Origin: Promethearchaeia archaeon
Lineage (GTDB): Archaea > Asgardarchaeota > Lokiarchaeia > Sigyniarchaeales > SOKP01
Length of the DNA stretch: 64,000 nt
Assembly (NCBI GenBank): GCA_029856145.1
Contig: JAHQWK010000026.1
Location: 27,628 to 91,627 of the forward strand
Direction: 5' to 3'
Position numbers and translations under genes: made by a program. Positions 21,082-31,530 of the stretch are shown one piece after another (the first letter of the stretch is position 1; each line of letters opens with the position of its first letter). The notes under the pieces are model-generated. The model saw nothing but the letters and a program-made list of their open reading frames with translations. It ran no database searches and had not been told where the DNA came from.

Positions 21082-21927
21082 TTATCTTAATGGATATTTT
21101 GGCTTTCTCTTTCCAAAGAAAGCGTTAGCAGCTTCATTTACATCTTTAGAGGAGAAAGTTAAAACTATTGAGCTATTTTCATATTGTAGCATGTTATTTA
21201 AACTTGGAGAATCTAGTGATAAATTAAGGGCTTCTTTCGTCATACGTAAACCTAAAGGGCTTTTAGTCAATAATTCTTCTGCCAATTTTAAAGCCTCATC
21301 CAATAAATTTTCTTTCTCTACAACTTTTAGGATAAATCCTATTTTCTCAGCTTCTTTTCCAGAAACACCCCTACCGCTATAGATTATTTCAACTGCTCTG
21401 GAAAGATTAATTAGACGTGGAAGGAAGTAGCTACTTCCCATATCCGCCCCGGTTAAACCAATATTAATAGAAGCATTTATAAAATTAACATCATCACTGG
21501 CAATTCTAATGTCAGAAGCCATTGCAAATCCAAATCCACCTCCTGCTACTGAACCGTGAACAGCCGCTATAATTGGTTGAGGAATTTTCCTCATTTTCAT
21601 GATGATCTGAGTTATACGCCATTGATGATACATTTTTCTTTTTATTGGCTCTGACGTATTCAAGTAATAAAATTTTTCATATCCTTTTGGATTTCTCTTC
21701 ATATTTAAGATTAAACCTTCTTGTAAATCTGTTCCTGCTGAAAATGATCTTCCTTCCCCTCTTAAAATTAATACTCTAATTGATAAATTCATCATTAATT
21801 GATCCAATACGTGATGGATTTCTTCTTCCATTTGAAATGAGATTGCATTTAATTTCTCAGGTCTGTTTAATGTTAAAATTCCGATGCCATTTTCTCTCAA
21901 TTCAAATTTAATGGTTTTATATTCCAT
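21082..21927 (-). CDS. Enoyl-CoA hydratase/isomerase (crotonase)
   Basis: LNRPEKLNA, FSAGTDL, IAAVHG.VAGGG, SDIRIA. Confidence 0.93.
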   Translation of the reverse strand: MEYKTIKFELRENGIGILTLNRPEKLNAISFQMEEEIHHVLDQLMMNLSIRVLILRGEGRSFSAGTDLQEGLILNMKRNPKGYEKFYYLNTSEPIKRKMYHQWRITQIIMKMRKIPQPIIAAVHGSVAGGGFGFAMASDIRIASDDVNFINASINIGLTGADMGSSYFLPRLINLSRAVEIIYSGRGVSGKEAEKIGFILKVVEKENLLDEALKLAEELLTKSPLGLRMTKEALNLSLDSPSLNNMLQYENSSIVLTFSSKDVNEAANAFFGKRKPKYPLR

Positions 21928-21952
21928 ATATTTTCACATTTTTTTCAATTAT

Positions 21953-22813
21953 TCATGATTTTGGATATTTTGGTTTTCTTTTTTCGAAAAATGCATTAAC
22001 TCCTTCTAAAAGATCCATAGATGTTGAACAGAGCATCTGTGAGCGGTTTTCTATTTGCATGATTGTTTCCAAACTAGGGGAGTCAAGTGATATATTAATA
22101 GCTTCTTTTGTCATTCTAAGCCCGAGTGGACTTTTAGTAAGTAAATTTTCTGCTATTTCCATTGCAGCTTCTTATAATTTAGTCTCATCACCTATAATTA
22201 CTTTCATGACAAGTCCAATTCTTTCAGCTTCATTAGCATCTATGAATCGACCTGTATATAATATTTCAGCAGCTCTAGACATGCCAATTAGTCGAGGCAA
22301 ATGATAGCTACTCGCTAAGTCAGCACCAGAAAATCCAATATTTATGAACGAATTCGCTAATTTTGCATTTTCTCCCGCAATTCTTATATCTGCTGCTAAA
22401 CCTAATGTAAAGCCTGCTCCTGTGGCAGGTCCTTGTATAATGGCAATAATTGGTTGACTTATTTTCCTCATTTTAACAATTAGTTGGCTAGCTCTAGCTT
22501 GTGCATATATCTTAGCTTTGATTAAATCTTTATCTGGGGCTCTCATGAAGAAAAATTTCTCTTTCAGTTCCTCTGGCTTTTTTTTTGATTGAAGAACTGT
22601 AGACTCTTTTAAATCTAATCCAGCGCAAAAGGCTCTACCGTCAGCTTTTAGAATGAGAACACGACAATCTAAATTTGTCATTAATTGATCGAGTAATGTG
22701 TGTAAATCTTCAATCATTTGAAAATTCAAAGCATTTAATTTATTTGGACGGTTAAGGGTTAATATTCCAATACCGTCCTCTCTCAATTCAAACTTTATTG
22801 TCTCAAAATTCAA
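21953..22813 (-). pseudogene. Crotonase paralog interrupted by one in-frame TAA
   Basis: The two track ORFs share a frame: ...GDETKL-TAA(22172-22174)-EAAMEIAENLLTKSPLG, matching the neighbour's NLLDEALKLAEELLTKSPLG. Confidence 0.85.
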
Positions 22814-22956
22814 TTTTTAAACCTCAAGAATAAATAATTATTTTAACTAGATATCTTAGATAGGGTTGAATTACTTAAAAATCCATAAAAAGTAAGTTAA
22901 TATCAAATGATTAAATAAATATAGTAAACCTTTTAGATACGATTTAAAATTCAATA

Positions 22957-25362
22957 ATGATTTCAATAACTAATAGCTCATCAAGAAGAACTCTCAAGTT
23001 AAAACAGAAATTACTTTCAAGCAAGTATGAATTATGCATTGAAAGGATGAGATATTTTACTGAGATTTATAAAAAATATCCCAATGATCCAGAAATTATT
23101 AAAAGAGCTAAAGCAGTTGCTCATACTCTAAAAAATATGACAATTTTCATCAGAGATAATGAATTACTAGTTGGAAATGAAACGAGTAAAAATTTAGGTG
23201 AAAAAATTAATCTTGATTTATACTCGTATGATGGAACTTTGAATAATCATCGGATAATTAAAAAATATGAAAAAAGAAAATTACATCCTTTTTTTATAGG
23301 AGAAAATGAAATTAATGAATTATTAGATATTATTCCTTTTTGGAAAGGTAAAGCTTTATATAGCGATATTATCTCGCAAAAAGTTTATGATGAAAAGTTA
23401 ATTAAAGGAATGGACAGAATTAGTTTAGCAGCTCCTAATATTGCTATAGCAAATGGGACTAATGAAGGCCATATATGTGTTGGATATGAAAAACTACTAA
23501 AATTAGGGTATAAAGGAATTATTAAAGAAGCTGAATCATATCAATCAAAAATAAAAAATGACGACATCAAACATAAAGAAAAATTTAATTTCTATGAAGC
23601 TGTAAAAATTTATTATAATGCAGCTATTCAATTTTCAAGGAGATATTCTGATTTTGCCTATAACTTGGCTTTAAATGAAAAAAATGAGCAAAGAAGGAAA
23701 GAACTTGAAATTATTGGAGCAATGATGGAGAAATTTACCAAGGAAACTGCTAATTCGTTCTATGAGGCAATTCAATTTATACACTTCACTCAAAATATCA
23801 TAAATATAATTTACCAAAGAAGTGTCGTCGCTTTAGGTAGGTTAGATCAAATTCTATGGCCATATTATAAGAGAGATAAAGAAAAAAATAAAATTACACA
23901 AGAATTTGCGTTAGGATTAATTGAAGAATTAAATTTGAAGTTAACTTGGAATGTGACATTATTACCAACAGATTATACTACTATCTCAAATGCGATTGGG
24001 TTAAATACACAAACAATTACCATTTCAGGTGTAGATAAAGAAGGAAAAGATAATACAAATGAACTTTCTTATCTTTTTCTTTATGCTTATAAAAATCTAA
24101 AAGTATTTTCAACGGATTTATCTATTAGAGTTCATAAGAACAGTCCTAAAAAATTTATAAAAGAAGCAATAAAAGTTTTTCGATCAACATCAGGAATGGC
24201 TTTTTATAATGATGAAGTGCTCATCCCAGCCCTAGTAAAAGCGGGTTATAGTTTAGAAGATGCGCGTACTTACGTTATTATCGGATGTGTTGAACCAACA
24301 GGTCAAGGTAATAGTTTTGCTGCAACTGCGCGTATGTTTATGAATTTACCCGGAATTTTGGAATTGGTTTTAAACAATGGATATAGTAATTTATCGAAAA
24401 TGGTGGACGGCTTACAAACTGGAGATCCTGGTTCTTTTAAAACCTATAAGAGTTTCTATGATGCATACAAGCGACAATTAAGGTATAATATTAAAAAATC
24501 TGTAAAAATTGCGCAAATAGGAGATAAAGAAGCAATGAAGTTCTTCCAACATCCATTTCTATCAGCTACCATAGAAAGATGTATGGAAAATGGAACTGAT
24601 TATGTATGTGGGGGAGCGAAGTACAATTTTTCTTCTATTACTGCTTATGGTTTTGCTACTTTAGTTGATTCACTCTATAATATCAAAAAGGTTGTTTATG
24701 AAGAAAAGTTAATGCCTTTGTCAGAACTTATCGATATATTAAATTCAAATTTTGAGAGTCAAGAAACTTTTCGGCAAAGGTTAATAAATAAATATGAAAA
24801 ATGGGGAAACGATAAGCAAGAGATTGATTCATTAGCTAATGAATTATGGGATTTGTTTTGTATTGAGGTAATAAAACATCAACCAATTAGAGGTGGACGA
24901 TATAGTGCTGGTGCTTATTCAATGGGAATTCATGTAATGGAAGGAATTTTTACACAACCAACGGCAGACGGTAGAAAAGCTATGGAGGCAATCTCAAATA
25001 GTTTATCTCCGGTAAATAATGTGGAAAAAAATGGACTTACAGCAATTCTAAACTCAGTAGCAAAACTAAATTATGATTATGCTACTAATGGTATCGCCCT
25101 AAATATTCGAATCCATCCTCAAAATCTTATGAGTGAGGAAAATATAGAGAAGTTTTATTTTCTTTTAAAGGGATATTTTGACAAGGGGGGGATGCAGATA
25201 CAACCAACCGCAGTTTCAACTGAAACACTTAGGGATGCTCAGAAACATCCTGAAAAATACCCTGATTTAATCGTAAAAGTGGGAGGGTATAATGCCACTT
25301 TTATTGATCTGGGAACTCCAATTCAAAATGATATCATTGATAGATTAGAGCATATTTTATAA
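22957..25362 (+). CDS. Glycyl-radical enzyme (PFL2/eliminase-type)
   Basis: LGRLDQ.LWPYY, Cys loop GCVEP, Gly loop LIVKVGGY. Confidence 0.92.
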   Translation: MISITNSSSRRTLKLKQKLLSSKYELCIERMRYFTEIYKKYPNDPEIIKRAKAVAHTLKNMTIFIRDNELLVGNETSKNLGEKINLDLYSYDGTLNNHRIIKKYEKRKLHPFFIGENEINELLDIIPFWKGKALYSDIISQKVYDEKLIKGMDRISLAAPNIAIANGTNEGHICVGYEKLLKLGYKGIIKEAESYQSKIKNDDIKHKEKFNFYEAVKIYYNAAIQFSRRYSDFAYNLALNEKNEQRRKELEIIGAMMEKFTKETANSFYEAIQFIHFTQNIINIIYQRSVVALGRLDQILWPYYKRDKEKNKITQEFALGLIEELNLKLTWNVTLLPTDYTTISNAIGLNTQTITISGVDKEGKDNTNELSYLFLYAYKNLKVFSTDLSIRVHKNSPKKFIKEAIKVFRSTSGMAFYNDEVLIPALVKAGYSLEDARTYVIIGCVEPTGQGNSFAATARMFMNLPGILELVLNNGYSNLSKMVDGLQTGDPGSFKTYKSFYDAYKRQLRYNIKKSVKIAQIGDKEAMKFFQHPFLSATIERCMENGTDYVCGGAKYNFSSITAYGFATLVDSLYNIKKVVYEEKLMPLSELIDILNSNFESQETFRQRLINKYEKWGNDKQEIDSLANELWDLFCIEVIKHQPIRGGRYSAGAYSMGIHVMEGIFTQPTADGRKAMEAISNSLSPVNNVEKNGLTAILNSVAKLNYDYATNGIALNIRIHPQNLMSEENIEKFYFLLKGYFDKGGMQIQPTAVSTETLRDAQKHPEKYPDLIVKVGGYNATFIDLGTPIQNDIIDRLEHIL

Positions 25363-25434
25363 TTTTTTGTAGAAGTTTTAAATGAAACTATCCTACAAGA
25401 TATTAGAATAGAAAAACCATTTGTTATTTTCACC

Positions 25435-25938
25435 TTGTCAAATTGTTATCTCTGTAATGTTGAAATAAAGGATCTCCCATACAGATGTAAATTTTGTGGT
25501 ATGATTTTCTGTAATAAGCACAGATTACCAGAAAATCATGATTGTCCTTTTGATTTAAGACAAAAAAATAAAGATTTTAACTCTTTGGATAAACCACTCT
25601 ATCAAGATGCACTTGATTTTATGGATAAAGACATAACTGTAGCTAAAATTTATGATTACGTAACAACAAATCAGATGACTAAATTAGAAGCAATAGAATT
25701 GTTGAATTATTTCCTAGAAAGAATTGATAATAAAGAAATTAGAAGGGTAAGCATACTTGCTTTCAAAATTTTAGAACTTAGAAGTGATAAAGCCTATAGT
25801 GTTCTAGAAAATTGTCTTCTTTCAGATGAAGATCCTAGCGTGATAAAAAACGCAGCAGATATTTTAAGATATCTGTTCCCTAAGAAGAGTAAAGAATTAT
25901 TAAATTGGATAAGTAAAAATGATAAGAATTTGAAATAA
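25435..25938 (+). CDS. AN1-type zinc finger plus HEAT-like repeat protein
   Basis: CYLC...YRCKFCGMIFCNKHRLPENHDC; C-terminal LLSDEDPSVIKNAA. Confidence 0.85.
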   Translation: MSNCYLCNVEIKDLPYRCKFCGMIFCNKHRLPENHDCPFDLRQKNKDFNSLDKPLYQDALDFMDKDITVAKIYDYVTTNQMTKLEAIELLNYFLERIDNKEIRRVSILAFKILELRSDKAYSVLENCLLSDEDPSVIKNAADILRYLFPKKSKELLNWISKNDKNLK

Positions 25939-25951
25939 TAACTAAAATAAA

Positions 25952-27262
25952 TTAAAATAAATTATTTTTTCTTTTTAGAATTAGACTTTCAATCTCTTCA
26001 CTAAGTTCTTCAACTTCCTTCTTATTATAATATTTTTTTACTCGAGTGTGCGCAATCCACCATAATATTAAAGTAACGGTCATTCCTATAATAGAACTAG
26101 AAAGAAATAAGTTGGTTACTCCAATTGTCTCAGATAATGGTCCAGTTATTATAGATGCAATAGGAACTATAGCAGATGAGATGGCCCAATCAAGAGAAGA
26201 CAACCTTCCCATTTTATCTGCTGGAACTTTTAATTGCATTATAGTTAAATAAATAGTATTAAGGATAGGAATAGTAATACCAGTAATACTGACTACAATA
26301 CCCATCATTAGAAATAATTGATAAGGAGTTAAGGCAATAATACCACTATTCATCATTAAGAGGAATTCAAGTCCAAAGTAGATGAAAAGAGCATGTTTCC
26401 ACTCTTTCTTTATGGAAGTTAACAGTGCACCTAACAGCATACCCCCATTCATGAAAACCATAAGAAATGCCAAATTTGATATATCACCTGAATGGCTATA
26501 TTTAATGAAATGCGGCATCAATATATTAACTGGAACTAATAGAAAGTTAATAAACATGGATATGAGAAGCATCATAAGAAGATCTGGAATTGATTTCAAT
26601 GTACGGATTCCACTTTTAAATTCTTCTAGAAATGATATCTTTTCAACAGTCGTAACTTCCTTCTTTAATTTAGGAATTTTAATTACTAACAAAGGAATAA
26701 TAGCTATGATAAATGTAAGTGGATCAATCCAAAGTATGATTTCAAACGGAATTAACGAGAATAACAAAGCGCCAATTACAGGTCCTAAGATTTGAATGAA
26801 ACTTCTAAAGAAAAAATTAACCCCATTCATTCTACTTAATTTTTCCTTGGGTACCATCGTCGGAACAATAGCACTTACTGTAGGGATATGAAAACCTTGG
26901 AAGATTCCTAGCAAACTCATTATTCCAACTATTAATATTGGGTTCACCACTCCAAAGTTGAAGATAATAATTACAAGAAGCATTACATATGCTTGGAGGG
27001 AATCAACTACTACTATAATTGTCTTCCGATTCCATTTATCAATTACCACACCAGATATTGCAACTACGATTGTCATTGGTAATATATAAAGAAAAGATGC
27101 TAATGAAAGAAGCATCGTGCTCCCTGTAGAGTCAGTTATCCACCAAATTATCGCAAAATGTGAAATTGATGATCCTAACACAGTAAATAACTGTCCTATC
27201 CAAAAAAATATATAATTTTTAAAAGTTTTTTGATTTGCTAAATTTTCTATTATGTATATCAC
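25952..27262 (-). CDS. MFS transporter, DHA3/MefA-like exporter
   Basis: FWIGQLFT.LGS, GVVIDKWNRK, PTMVPKEKLSRMNG; 12 TM. Confidence 0.92.
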   Translation of the reverse strand: MIYIIENLANQKTFKNYIFFWIGQLFTVLGSSISHFAIIWWITDSTGSTMLLSLASFLYILPMTIVVAISGVVIDKWNRKTIIVVVDSLQAYVMLLVIIIFNFGVVNPILIVGIMSLLGIFQGFHIPTVSAIVPTMVPKEKLSRMNGVNFFFRSFIQILGPVIGALLFSLIPFEIILWIDPLTFIIAIIPLLVIKIPKLKKEVTTVEKISFLEEFKSGIRTLKSIPDLLMMLLISMFINFLLVPVNILMPHFIKYSHSGDISNLAFLMVFMNGGMLLGALLTSIKKEWKHALFIYFGLEFLLMMNSGIIALTPYQLFLMMGIVVSITGITIPILNTIYLTIMQLKVPADKMGRLSSLDWAISSAIVPIASIITGPLSETIGVTNLFLSSSIIGMTVTLILWWIAHTRVKKYYNKKEVEELSEEIESLILKRKNNLF

Positions 27263-27297
27263 CTTATTTTTTGCATTTTGAAAAAAAAAGAAAAAAA

Positions 27298-28584
27298 TTA
27301 GATTGAAATATTTTCTATTTGACTATTGATTTCTTCGAGTGCACTTTTACTATCAATATCAACTTTTCTAATACCTGTGAAACTCCAAAAGCCAAGTGTA
27401 CAAATTACACCGAGGAATCCACTATAGAAAAACAACGACGGAATACCTAAAATTAAGGCCATTGGCCCTGCAAGTAATGCGCCTATTGGTGATATCGCTG
27501 AAGATAAGGCATGATCAATTGAAGTTACTCTTCCCATTTTATCAATAGGTACTGTAGTTTGTAAAAACGTTTGATAGAGAGCATTTATTATTGGTAAATT
27601 AAACCCTAAAATAGCCCCCCCTAAACCTATAATATAATAGTTACCTATAGGTGCTATCGCAAATATCATGTATCCTATCAAAGCAATTATAATACTAATA
27701 AAAATCACTCTGAGTTTATTTTTCCAATTCTTCTTAATTGAAGTAACTAACGCTCCAGCAATCATACCACCTGTGAAAGTAATTTCAGCTAATGCTAAAT
27801 GCCCGACGCCCCCTCCATGATTATCAATGATGAATAAAGACATAAGTGCGTTAACAGGTTGGATTAAGAAATTTAATAACATCGATAGGATTACCATAAT
27901 CACTAATCCAGGAATAATTTTTAATGTTTTTAGACCTAATCTAAATTCTTTGAAAAATGAGCTTTTTGCCTTTTTTTCTTCAGTATGATTGACTTGTCTC
28001 ACAGAAGGGATGTTTATCAGTAATAGTGGTATCAATGCAATAAAAAATGTAATAACGTCCACCCAGAGAATCATATATACTGATAAAAAAACTAACATCA
28101 TTGCCCCTATAAATGGTGCTAAAAGCTGAACTACACCTGTAAACAAAAAGTTAACCCCATTAATTCTTGATAGCTTATCTTTCGGAACCATTGTTGGAAT
28201 GATTGCATTAACAGTAGGTACATGGAATGCTTGAAATACACTGCGAAGGCTGATAAAGAGATAAACAATCCAAATATCTGGACTCCCAAAATAAAAGATA
28301 ATTATCAAGAGAATCGTAATATATGCTTGTAATGAATCTACAACTATAATAAGTACCTTTCGATTAATTCTATCTGCAATTACCCCTGCAAAAGGCATAC
28401 AAATAGTCATCATTAGTATATATAAAAATGAAGCAAAAGCACTTATTATGGGATCGTTGTAAATATCTGCGATCCAAAACGTTATTACAAAAAATACCAC
28501 CATCGAACCAAGCAAAGAAAATAATTGGCCACTCCAAAAAAATAAATAACTCTTAAATGTTCCCTTATTCGCAATTTCTTCCAT
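27298..28584 (-). CDS. MFS transporter, DHA3/MefA-like exporter (paralog)
   Basis: FWSGQLFSLLGS, GVIADRINRK, VPIDKMGRV. Confidence 0.92.
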   Translation of the reverse strand: MEEIANKGTFKSYLFFWSGQLFSLLGSMVVFFVITFWIADIYNDPIISAFASFLYILMMTICMPFAGVIADRINRKVLIIVVDSLQAYITILLIIIFYFGSPDIWIVYLFISLRSVFQAFHVPTVNAIIPTMVPKDKLSRINGVNFLFTGVVQLLAPFIGAMMLVFLSVYMILWVDVITFFIALIPLLLINIPSVRQVNHTEEKKAKSSFFKEFRLGLKTLKIIPGLVIMVILSMLLNFLIQPVNALMSLFIIDNHGGGVGHLALAEITFTGGMIAGALVTSIKKNWKNKLRVIFISIIIALIGYMIFAIAPIGNYYIIGLGGAILGFNLPIINALYQTFLQTTVPIDKMGRVTSIDHALSSAISPIGALLAGPMALILGIPSLFFYSGFLGVICTLGFWSFTGIRKVDIDSKSALEEINSQIENISI

Positions 28585-28653
28585 TCTTTATCCCCTAATT
28601 TCCTAATTTTTTTTTAATATATTTAATTAAATTTTTTTCTTAAATTATTCATT

Positions 28654-29763
28654 TTAGATTTTCCACTTTCCTTCTTCATAAATTATATTACTATCGGCTA
28701 CAATTTTTGAACCTGGGACTTTCATATCTTTTAGTAGATCCCAATGAATTGAAGAGACATTTTTTGAGCCAGTCCATTCGAAACCTAAACCTAAAGCACA
28801 ATGTAGTGTACCACCCATTTTCTCATCAAATAACATATTCTTAGTAAATTTCGTAACCCCATAATTCGTTCCGATAGCAAATTCACCTATTCTATTAGCA
28901 TTCTCTATTTTTAATATTTCTTCGAGGATTTCTTCACCTTTTTGAGCTGCCGCTTTAATTACTATTCCATCTTTAAACTCTAAATAGATATTTTCGACTT
29001 CTTTCCCCATATATATCCCGGGATATGTAAACCTAATATGCCCATTAACAGAATCTTCTACAGGACCAGTATAAATTTCACCATCAGGTAAATTTCTCTG
29101 ACCACTGCAATTTATCCATTTTCGACCCTTAACTGACAATAATAAGTCTGTATCTTCTCCAATAACGTGAATTTCTTTAACACCATTTAAATAATCAACA
29201 AAAACTTCTTGTTGCCTTTGCATTTTGCGCCATTCCTCAATAGGATTCTCTTTATCTAGGAACAAACTCTTGGTTATAAAATCGGAATATGAAAATAAAT
29301 CCATATTTGCTTCTTGGGCATAAGCGTTACAAGCATAGGGAAGTACCATCCACTTTAATTCTCCTTTAGAAGTCCTTTGCTCATAAATCTTCATCAATTC
29401 TTTCCTTTCGGGAGCACTCCTATATTTAGATAATATTTCGGGATTAATGTTACTATATTTGCGTGAATTATAATCTGCTCGTATTTCTATTATATGATCA
29501 GCTTCTTTAGATGCAAATTCTTCAATTTTATTAACATATAACAACTGTTCTTCTGAAGCAAATTTATAAAAAGTTTCTCTTATTCCTTCAATACTAGGCT
29601 TAATTATTGGATGAGCCCCAACTTTAATAACTTCTAGGTTTAAAACTTGAAATAAATCTTGTGCAAATGCAGGTCCACCTATATAAACCGTATGCCCCTT
29701 CTTTATCTCAAGTGAATATTCTACCACAATCTTAGCCAGTTTTTCATAAATTGGATTAATCAT
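28654..29763 (-). CDS. Aminopeptidase, M29 (AmpS/AmpT) family
   Basis: NLPDGEIY, GEFAIGTN, LFDEKMGGTLHCALG, SSIHWD. Confidence 0.93.
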   Translation of the reverse strand: MINPIYEKLAKIVVEYSLEIKKGHTVYIGGPAFAQDLFQVLNLEVIKVGAHPIIKPSIEGIRETFYKFASEEQLLYVNKIEEFASKEADHIIEIRADYNSRKYSNINPEILSKYRSAPERKELMKIYEQRTSKGELKWMVLPYACNAYAQEANMDLFSYSDFITKSLFLDKENPIEEWRKMQRQQEVFVDYLNGVKEIHVIGEDTDLLLSVKGRKWINCSGQRNLPDGEIYTGPVEDSVNGHIRFTYPGIYMGKEVENIYLEFKDGIVIKAAAQKGEEILEEILKIENANRIGEFAIGTNYGVTKFTKNMLFDEKMGGTLHCALGLGFEWTGSKNVSSIHWDLLKDMKVPGSKIVADSNIIYEEGKWKI

Positions 29764-29785
29764 TTTATATAATCACCTTTATTTA

Positions 29786-30715
29786 TTACATTTTATCAAT
29801 TAATTCATTCAGCTTTGAAATAACTTCTTCTGAAGAGCTCGTGAATTTGAAAACACCTTCCTCAAGAGTACCCTCAATTCCATCCGCAACTATCTCATAA
29901 ACCATATTCTCAGCATCTTCATTTGATTTATCTAACGCTTGGGCAAATTTATCAATTGGTAAATTATTAAGGAGCTTGATTAAACCACTTACTCTCTTTT
30001 TAATCTTTTCCTTTTTATCAGGTTCCAAGATAATTGCTGTCTTAATTTTTGGCCTTCCTTTCTTTTTTCCAAATTGCTTTCCAAGTTTTTCACCTATTTC
30101 CTCTATACCCGAGTCTTTTACCACTTGCTCAATATCTTCTCCCATTAACTCCAAATTGCGCCCCAATTTTTCCAATTTTGCTAAATCTCCAATGTTATTT
30201 TTAACAAATTTCATAGACTTTCGAACCAACTCTGAAACTGAAGCACCTAAACCATCTGCCCAATCTCTCCACTCATCACTCATTTCAGGATCAACAGAAA
30301 TGTTTATCCTTGATACTTTCTTTTTTATGTTTTCTATTCTTTTTCTCACTTTTTCATCAAATTTCGCTTCATGTTTTTCAAATTTCTCTTTCAGACGTTC
30401 AAGCTTGTCTTTCGCATCTTCAATATGATCTTTGGCATCATCTCCATATTGCTCTAATTCTCCTTTTATATTTCCAACTTCATTAAGTAAACTTTCTCGT
30501 TCTTCCATAAGTTCATCCAATTCATCCCTCAAATCGTCTTTTATATCTTCAGCCTCATCTTTTAAATCTTCAATGACATCCTTTAATTCATCATGCAAGT
30601 CGTCTAATTCAAAATTCAATTTGTCCTTTAAGTCATTTAATTCCCATTTTACTTTACTTCTCTCTCTTTCCTCTTCATTTAATTCTTTTTCATTCCATCC
30701 TTCATCATTCGACAT
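29786..30715 (-). CDS. Acidic coiled-coil plus ribbon-helix-helix (CopG-like) protein with C-terminal helical domain
   Basis: Long D/E heptad N-terminus; RINISVDPEMSDEWRDWADGLGASVSELVRKSM is an RHH pattern; AGGAGG SD. Confidence 0.7.
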   Translation of the reverse strand: MSNDEGWNEKELNEEERERSKVKWELNDLKDKLNFELDDLHDELKDVIEDLKDEAEDIKDDLRDELDELMEERESLLNEVGNIKGELEQYGDDAKDHIEDAKDKLERLKEKFEKHEAKFDEKVRKRIENIKKKVSRINISVDPEMSDEWRDWADGLGASVSELVRKSMKFVKNNIGDLAKLEKLGRNLELMGEDIEQVVKDSGIEEIGEKLGKQFGKKKGRPKIKTAIILEPDKKEKIKKRVSGLIKLLNNLPIDKFAQALDKSNEDAENMVYEIVADGIEGTLEEGVFKFTSSSEEVISKLNELIDKM

Positions 30716-30784
30716 TTTAATTCCTCCTAATTTCTTTTATTTTTTTTTCATTATTTTTTAATTTTAATTCATATATACTTAATT

Positions 30785-31468
30785 CTAATATAACAAATCT
30801 CTTTCTGTAATTTGAATAGGTTCATTAGCCAAGGTTGCTTTTTTGTGAACCTCAATACTGTCAACATAATAAAGGTTTCCTGAAATCTCCGTTCCCTCAC
30901 CAATATAGACATTTCGCCCTCTAACATCTCCTACAACAAAAGATCTTATAAGATCAACATTGTTTTTAGCGAAAATGCTTCCATGCACTTTACTAAGATG
31001 TTTATAAATACTTTTACCCAACGAACGTTCACGACCTAGAGTTACATCATTTCCAGATACATCTCCATGAATTGTTGATGATCCTGTAATTTTAATCAGT
31101 TTCTGAGATGAGATTCCACCTTTGACACTTGCAGAACCTGAAATATTAATTCCCTGAAGAGCCTCAACTCTATCTCCTACCCTTAATGAACCTGAGTTTA
31201 CTAATGTTCCTTTAACTAATATCTCCCCTCCAACTGTCATTGAACCAGAAGATTTTGCATTACCATCTCCATGAAGGGATCCTATAAGCCTAAACGAGCC
31301 AGAACTTTTGACATCACCATGAACAGTCAAACTCCCTTCCCCCCTCAATGAACCAGAGGATTGAAAGCCATTACACTCAAAATTTCCCTTTATTTTAGCA
31401 GAGCCCGAAATATGTATCTCATCATCAATTTTTCCCCCCGAAAGGGTTCCTGATCCAGAAATTTTCAT
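30785..31468 (-). CDS. Polymer-forming cytoskeletal (bactofilin-like) beta-helix protein
   Basis: Repeated I/VxSSGSxxVxG units throughout; GGAGGT SD. Confidence 0.8.
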   Translation of the reverse strand: MKISGSGTLSGGKIDDEIHISGSAKIKGNFECNGFQSSGSLRGEGSLTVHGDVKSSGSFRLIGSLHGDGNAKSSGSMTVGGEILVKGTLVNSGSLRVGDRVEALQGINISGSASVKGGISSQKLIKITGSSTIHGDVSGNDVTLGRERSLGKSIYKHLSKVHGSIFAKNNVDLIRSFVVGDVRGRNVYIGEGTEISGNLYYVDSIEVHKKATLANEPIQITERDLLY

Positions 31469-31530
31469 TTTTCTTACCTCCCTCTTTATTTTTTTTTTTT
31501 TTCTAATTTTATTTTTAAATTAATTTTTTA

